Below, in pieces: positions 22,000 through 25,585 of a DNA stretch of 25,585 nucleotides (its first letter is position 1; every line of letters starts with the position of its first letter). Under the pieces are notes generated by a model. It worked only from the letters and a program-made list of their open reading frames with translations, was not told the DNA's origin and did no database searches. The stretch comes from Rickettsiales bacterium (GTDB lineage Bacteria > Pseudomonadota > Alphaproteobacteria > Rs-D84). A program made the position numbers and the translations under genes. Where the stretch lies: the NCBI GenBank assembly GCA_031267375.1, contig JAIRZE010000023.1, positions 1 to 25,585 on the forward strand, written 5' to 3'.

Positions 22000-23760
22000 T
22001 TATTTTTTTCTGACTTGAATATGCACTTCGCGCAGTTGCTGCTCGCTGACTTCGCGCGGGGCGCCCAACATCAAATCGCGGCCGCGCTGATCCGTCGGGA
22101 AAGCAACGACTTCGCGCAGGTTGGGTTCGCTAAGCATAATCTGCACCAGACGGTCTATTCCGAACGCGCAGCCGCCGTGCGGCGGGGCGCCGTATTGAAA
22201 CGCTGCGTACATTCCGCCGAATTTAGCCTTTACCTCTTCTTCGCCATAGCCCGCAATGGCAAACGCCGCTATCATAGTTTCCGGGTTATAGTTGCGAAGC
22301 CCGCCGCTGCAAATTTCCGCGCCGTTCAAGACCATATCAAACTGATTCGCCTTTATCGCCAGCGGATCGCCGGACAATTCTCCCTTTGGCAATGAAAACG
22401 GATTGTGCCCGAAATCAATCTTGCCTGTTTCCTCGTTCAATTCATAAAACGGAAAATCTTCCACCCAGCACAGACGAAATTCTTGCTTGTCTATCAGGCC
22501 CAGATCTTCGCCCAAACGATTGCGCAATTTTCCAGCGGCTTTTGCAGCGGTTTCCGCCTTGTCGCAAACAAAGAACAGGCTGTCGCCGTCCTGTCCGCCA
22601 ACAAGTTCTTTCAGCGCCGCGATTTGCGTTTCATTTAATTTCTTTGCAACGGGCCCCTTCGCGCCGGCCGATTCAAAGGTCAAATAAGCCAATCCGCCCA
22701 GGCCCAGCTCTTTCGTCGCATATTCGCCCAGCTTATCAAACCAGCTGCGCGGCTTGTCAATTGTCGCGGGGGCCGGAATCGCACGAACGACCGCGCCATT
22801 TTTAACCGCGTCCGCAAATACGCCGAAATCTGAATCGCGGAAAATGTGCGAGACATCGGAAATTATAATCGGATTTCGCAGGTCCGGCTTGTCGCTGCCG
22901 TATTTCAGCATAGCTTCATCAAAAGGAATATGCGGAATTTCAGATGCTATTTTTGCGTCCGGCACAAATTCGCGAATCATCGCGGGCATCAAGGAATCGC
23001 CGACGGCCTGAATATCGCGCAGGTCCACAAAAGACATTTCCAAATCCAACTGATAAAATTCCAGCAAGCGGTCAGCGCGCAAATCTTCGTCGCGGAAACA
23101 GGGCGCTATTTGAAAATAGCGGTCAAAGCCTGAAATCTGCAAAAGCTGCTTGAATTGCTGCGGCGCCTGGGGCAAAGCGTAAAACTGGCCGTGATGATGA
23201 CGCGACGGGACTATGTAATCGCGCGCGCCTTCGGGCGATGATACAGTCAGAATCGGGGTCTGGAACTCGCTGAACCCCAGGTCCCACATATGATCGCGCA
23301 GGAATTTCATAACGCGATTGCGGAATAAAATATTTTTGTGCAAGGTTTCGCGGCGCAGGTCTATATAGCGGTATTTCAGGCGCAGCTCTTCGGAAACATT
23401 GCCATCATCGCCGAAAACCTGAAACGGCAGAACATCGCTGCTGGTCAGAATTTCCCAGGATTCGCACTTTATTTCTATTCTTCCGGTCGGAATTTTGTCG
23501 TTGACGGCCGACGCATCGCGAGCAACGACGGAACCGCGAACGCTGATGACAGATTCGGGGTGAATTTTTTCAAGGCCGGCATCGCCGCCGTCCAGAACGA
23601 TCTGGGTCAGTCCGTAATTATCGCGCAGGTCAATGAATAAAAGCTGGCCGTGATCGCGCTTGCGATGAACCCAGCCGGATAGGATTACGGATTCGCCGAC
23701 ATTGGCGGCGGAAAGTTCGCCGCAGGTATGAGTGCGATATTTGGATTTTAACGAGAGCAT
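22000..23760 (-). CDS. aspS: Aspartate--tRNA ligase, bacterial type
   Basis: Start reassigned to MLSLKSKYRTHTCGELS (RBS AAGGTG). 586 aa. LLFIDLRDNYG, QSPQQFKQLL, FRDEDLRADR and the GAD insertion are present, with the C-terminal GGCAFGIDRLV. The upstream 40 codons of the ORF-track entry overlap the T-box leader. Confidence 0.9.
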   Translation of the reverse strand: MLSLKSKYRTHTCGELSAANVGESVILSGWVHRKRDHGQLLFIDLRDNYGLTQIVLDGGDAGLEKIHPESVISVRGSVVARDASAVNDKIPTGRIEIKCESWEILTSSDVLPFQVFGDDGNVSEELRLKYRYIDLRRETLHKNILFRNRVMKFLRDHMWDLGFSEFQTPILTVSSPEGARDYIVPSRHHHGQFYALPQAPQQFKQLLQISGFDRYFQIAPCFRDEDLRADRLLEFYQLDLEMSFVDLRDIQAVGDSLMPAMIREFVPDAKIASEIPHIPFDEAMLKYGSDKPDLRNPIIISDVSHIFRDSDFGVFADAVKNGAVVRAIPAPATIDKPRSWFDKLGEYATKELGLGGLAYLTFESAGAKGPVAKKLNETQIAALKELVGGQDGDSLFFVCDKAETAAKAAGKLRNRLGEDLGLIDKQEFRLCWVEDFPFYELNEETGKIDFGHNPFSLPKGELSGDPLAIKANQFDMVLNGAEICSGGLRNYNPETMIAAFAIAGYGEEEVKAKFGGMYAAFQYGAPPHGGCAFGIDRLVQIMLSEPNLREVVAFPTDQRGRDLMLGAPREVSEQQLREVHIQVRKK

Positions 23761-23886
23761 TTTGACACCTTTTTTTGTAATTTTTGATTTACGCAGGGGC
23801 GCAGAATTCCGCGCGGTGCCACCCTGATTTATAACTTTTGCCATCGGGCTTGCCTGCTCTTCGTTTGTCGGACGCATCATTGCAGG
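23761..23886 (-). promoter_or_regulatory. Compact T-box leader, specifier GAC (Asp)
   Basis: Minus strand: AGGGUGGCACCGCG matches the T-box consensus 14/14. The antiterminator-type fold is CAGGG-[UGGCACC]-GCGCGG-AAUU-CUGCGC-CCCUG (23794-23826). The Stem I-like hairpin is CCUGC-AAUGAUG-CGU-[CCGACAA]-ACG-AAGA-GCAGG (23853-23886), with K-turn-type GA pairs and GAC at 23867-23869. Confidence 0.75.
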
Positions 23887-23950
23887 TTCACAGCTTTTCG
23901 GCTTAACAGAACAGATTTTTGCACAGGTTTAGTAAAAAATCAATAAAAAC

Positions 23951-23978
23951 TTGAAAAAACAAAATATATAGTTATAAT
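23951..23978 (+). promoter_or_regulatory. Promoter TTGAAA-16nt-TATAAT for the + strand T-box leader
   Basis: -35 at 23951-23956 and -10 at 23973-23978. The predicted TSS is near 23985, 3 nt before the first leader hairpin. Confidence 0.6.
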
Positions 23979-23984
23979 AAAAAT

Positions 23985-24253
23985 CAACAGCGATAATCTA
24001 CTAACAATAGGGAGCTGGAAGAAGAACAGCCGCGTCTTGTTGGCAAAGCTTATTAGAACTTCCCGGGAACGCCCGTCATAGCGGAAGTCTCTTTAATGTT
24101 CAGGCGAGCAGCGAGAGATAAAAAGGCTTGCGCAGCGATGCGCGGGCAAAGCAAGGTGGCACCGCGCCACGCAAAGTGCATTTTTTATGCGCGATATGCG
24201 TTGCGTCCTTGTGTTCTTACTGCAATTAAGCATACAACACAAAGGAGCGCATT
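23985..24253 (+). promoter_or_regulatory. T-box leader, probable specifier AAC (Asn), SD-sequestering type
   Basis: AAGGUGGCACCGCG matches the consensus 13/14. The fold is CAAGG(24152-56)-[UGGCACC]-GCGC..GCGU-CCUUG(24207-11). The first hairpin is CAGC-GAUAA-UCUA-[CUAACAA]-UAGG-GA-GCUG (23988-24017), with AAC at 24003-24005. UCCUUGUGUU (24206-15) is complementary to AACACAAAGGA (24236-46), which contains the SD. Confidence 0.7.
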
Positions 24254-25585
24254 ATGAAACAAGTAAGAACGCATATCGCCGAACTTTCACAATTGAAGAC
24301 TGGCGATGAAATAACAATCGCTGGACACGCACAAATCGTGCGCGCCCAGTCATCTGTCGCGTTTATAATTTTACGCGACATAACCGGCAGCATTCAATGC
24401 GTAATCGGCAAAGAGCATCCGCAGTTTGCGGAGGCGGCCGAACTTACGACTGAATCCGTGCTGAAAATAAGCGGTAAAATTGCCGAAGCAAAAATAACGC
24501 CCAGCACGCCGTTCGGAATGGAAATTCAAATAGAATCGTTCTGCGTGCTGTCCCGGGCCGAACCTTTGCCGATACCGGTTGTTGAAAAAGGCGGCGCGGA
24601 AGTGTCGGATGAAAAACGGCAAGACTGGCGGTACCTTGTCCTGCGGCGAGAGCGCGACGCAACGATTATGAAGGCGCTTTCCGCATTGAACCACGGCTAT
24701 CACGAATTCTTGATCTCGGAAGGCTTTTTGGAAATTCATACTCCAAAGCTTATGGGCTCTGCAAGCGAGGCGCATCTGAAATTATTTCATCTGGATTATT
24801 TCGGCGGCACGGCTTATTTGGCGCAATCGCCCCAATTATTCAAACAGATGGCGATTGCATCCGGTTTGGAAAGAGTGTTTGAAGTTGGCCCGGTTTTCCG
24901 CGCGAACCCTGCATTCACCACGCGGCATCATACTGAATACACCAGCTATGACATAGAAATGGGATACATTGAAAGCTTTGACGAAGTTATGGAAGTATTG
25001 GAAAAAACAGTTGCTTATATTTTGACCAGCATAAAAAAATCTGTTGGAAAAGATATAAAAAAGCATTTCGGGATTTCTGATTTCCAATTGAAAAAGCCTA
25101 TTCCCAGAATCACGATGCACCAGGCGAAAAAGATTTTGCGCGAGCGCGGGATAGTTTCCGCCAAAGCAGACCTTTCCACCGAAGAAGAAAAAGCTATCGG
25201 AGAATATGTAAAAGAAGAACTGGACAGCGATTTTGTGTTCATTACGGAATTTCCGTGGGAATCGCGGCCATTCTATCACAAGAAAGGTGTGTCGTCGGAT
25301 ACCGGCGAACCGATTTCCGTCAGCGCGGACTTGATTTACAAGGGGCTTGAACTCACGACATTGGCACAGCGCGAGGAAGACTATAAGACATTGTGCGCCC
25401 AAGTTGCGGAAAAAGACCTTAAACAAGAAGGACTGCAATGGTATCTGGATTGTTTCAGATTTGGAATGCCGCCGCACGGAGGATTCGGAATGGGTGGCGG
25501 CCGTCTGGTAAAGCAATTGCTGGATCTGCCGACGGTGCGCGATTCGGACTTTTTGTACCGCGGACCGAACAGAATGATACCATAA
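24254..25585 (+). CDS. aspS: Aspartate--tRNA ligase, archaeal/eukaryotic type (candidate non-discriminating AspRS2)
   Basis: 443 aa, complete. N-terminal OB fold, YLAQSPQLFKQM, GPVFRA, and a C-terminal GMPPHGGFGMGGGRLV...RGPNRMIP. The short class IIb architecture lacks the bacterial GAD insertion. Confidence 0.85.
   Translation: MKQVRTHIAELSQLKTGDEITIAGHAQIVRAQSSVAFIILRDITGSIQCVIGKEHPQFAEAAELTTESVLKISGKIAEAKITPSTPFGMEIQIESFCVLSRAEPLPIPVVEKGGAEVSDEKRQDWRYLVLRRERDATIMKALSALNHGYHEFLISEGFLEIHTPKLMGSASEAHLKLFHLDYFGGTAYLAQSPQLFKQMAIASGLERVFEVGPVFRANPAFTTRHHTEYTSYDIEMGYIESFDEVMEVLEKTVAYILTSIKKSVGKDIKKHFGISDFQLKKPIPRITMHQAKKILRERGIVSAKADLSTEEEKAIGEYVKEELDSDFVFITEFPWESRPFYHKKGVSSDTGEPISVSADLIYKGLELTTLAQREEDYKTLCAQVAEKDLKQEGLQWYLDCFRFGMPPHGGFGMGGGRLVKQLLDLPTVRDSDFLYRGPNRMIP

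Noticed and set aside
23761-23880. 40-codon N-terminal extension of the aspS ORF (MMRPTNEEQASPMAKVINQGGTARNS...) given in the ORF track.
   Set aside because: The extension overlaps the T-box consensus and the specifier hairpin. An internal ATG at 23760 has a good RBS (AAGGTG) and aligns with the normal AspRS N-terminus (…YRTHTCGEL). The upstream part is therefore leader RNA, not coding sequence.
24059-24087. Alternative hairpin CUUCC-CGGG-AACG-CCCG-UCAUAGC-GGAAG, with AAC at 24068-24070, as the specifier of the plus leader.
   Set aside because: The loop is only 4-6 nt, there is no GA-type internal loop, and it does not parallel the minus-strand leader. The hairpin at 23988-24017 matches that architecture position for position. 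Both candidates give AAC, so the Asn assignment does not depend on the choice.
24157-24186. U6 run after the plus-strand T-box as a classical transcription terminator.
   Set aside because: The only stem that ends at the U-run is 4 bp (GCAC/GUGC). The SD-sequestering helix downstream is much stronger.
12708-25516. Long antisense ORFs inside ftsA::rpe (12708..13181, 13727..14290), uvrB (20022..20669, 20834..21241), aspS (22386..22805 and others) and AspRS2 (24836..25516).
   Set aside because: They lie opposite well-supported genes with conserved motifs. Their translations are Arg/Pro/Ala- or Phe-rich frame artefacts.

Overview
The window is a bacterial chromosomal segment with diderm-type gene content: LolCD, an AsmA-like protein and many lipoprotein or secreted ORFs. 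All product calls come from reading motifs by eye, because no searches could be run. Recognisable core genes are tRNA-Gly, tRNA-Tyr, lolC/lolD, a nitroreductase, ftsQ, an FtsA-like::Rpe fusion ORF, an AsmA-like gene, uvrB, tsaE and two different aspartyl-tRNA synthetases. A visibly AT-richer accessory patch at about 6.4-10.6 kb carries a frameshifted AlbA_2/Schlafen-like gene, an orphan secretin-like lipoprotein and a DUF3800 gene. The strongest finding is the 23761-24253 intergenic region. It holds two divergent T-box leaders. Each has a canonical antiterminator-type element with a 7-nt UGGCACC bulge and a short K-turn hairpin with a 7-nt apical loop. The loop presents GAC (Asp) ahead of the bacterial-type aspS and AAC (Asn) ahead of the archaeal-type AspRS, which implies division of labour between a discriminating and a non-discriminating enzyme. 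Other notable observations follow.
- A single ORF fuses an FtsA-like protein to ribulose-phosphate 3-epimerase, and no ftsZ lies downstream.
- An in-frame palindromic tandem-heptamer insertion sits inside uvrB. It belongs to a wider set of locus-specific hairpins whose arms are tandem 7-8-mers.
- A consensus promoter is bracketed by two inverted 36-bp palindromes upstream of a secreted HExxH protein, which could be an inverton or a twin operator.
- A Cys/Thr-rich secreted protein is translationally coupled to a paralogous HExxH protein.
- An A_AAA_AAG slippery heptamer lies exactly at the AlbA_2 frameshift.
- Several genes have -10 boxes 7-10 nt from their start codons, which suggests leaderless mRNAs.
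- A REP-like family of hairpins with GAAG loops recurs in the window.
I saw no rRNA, CRISPR array, transposase, integrase or recombinase ORF.
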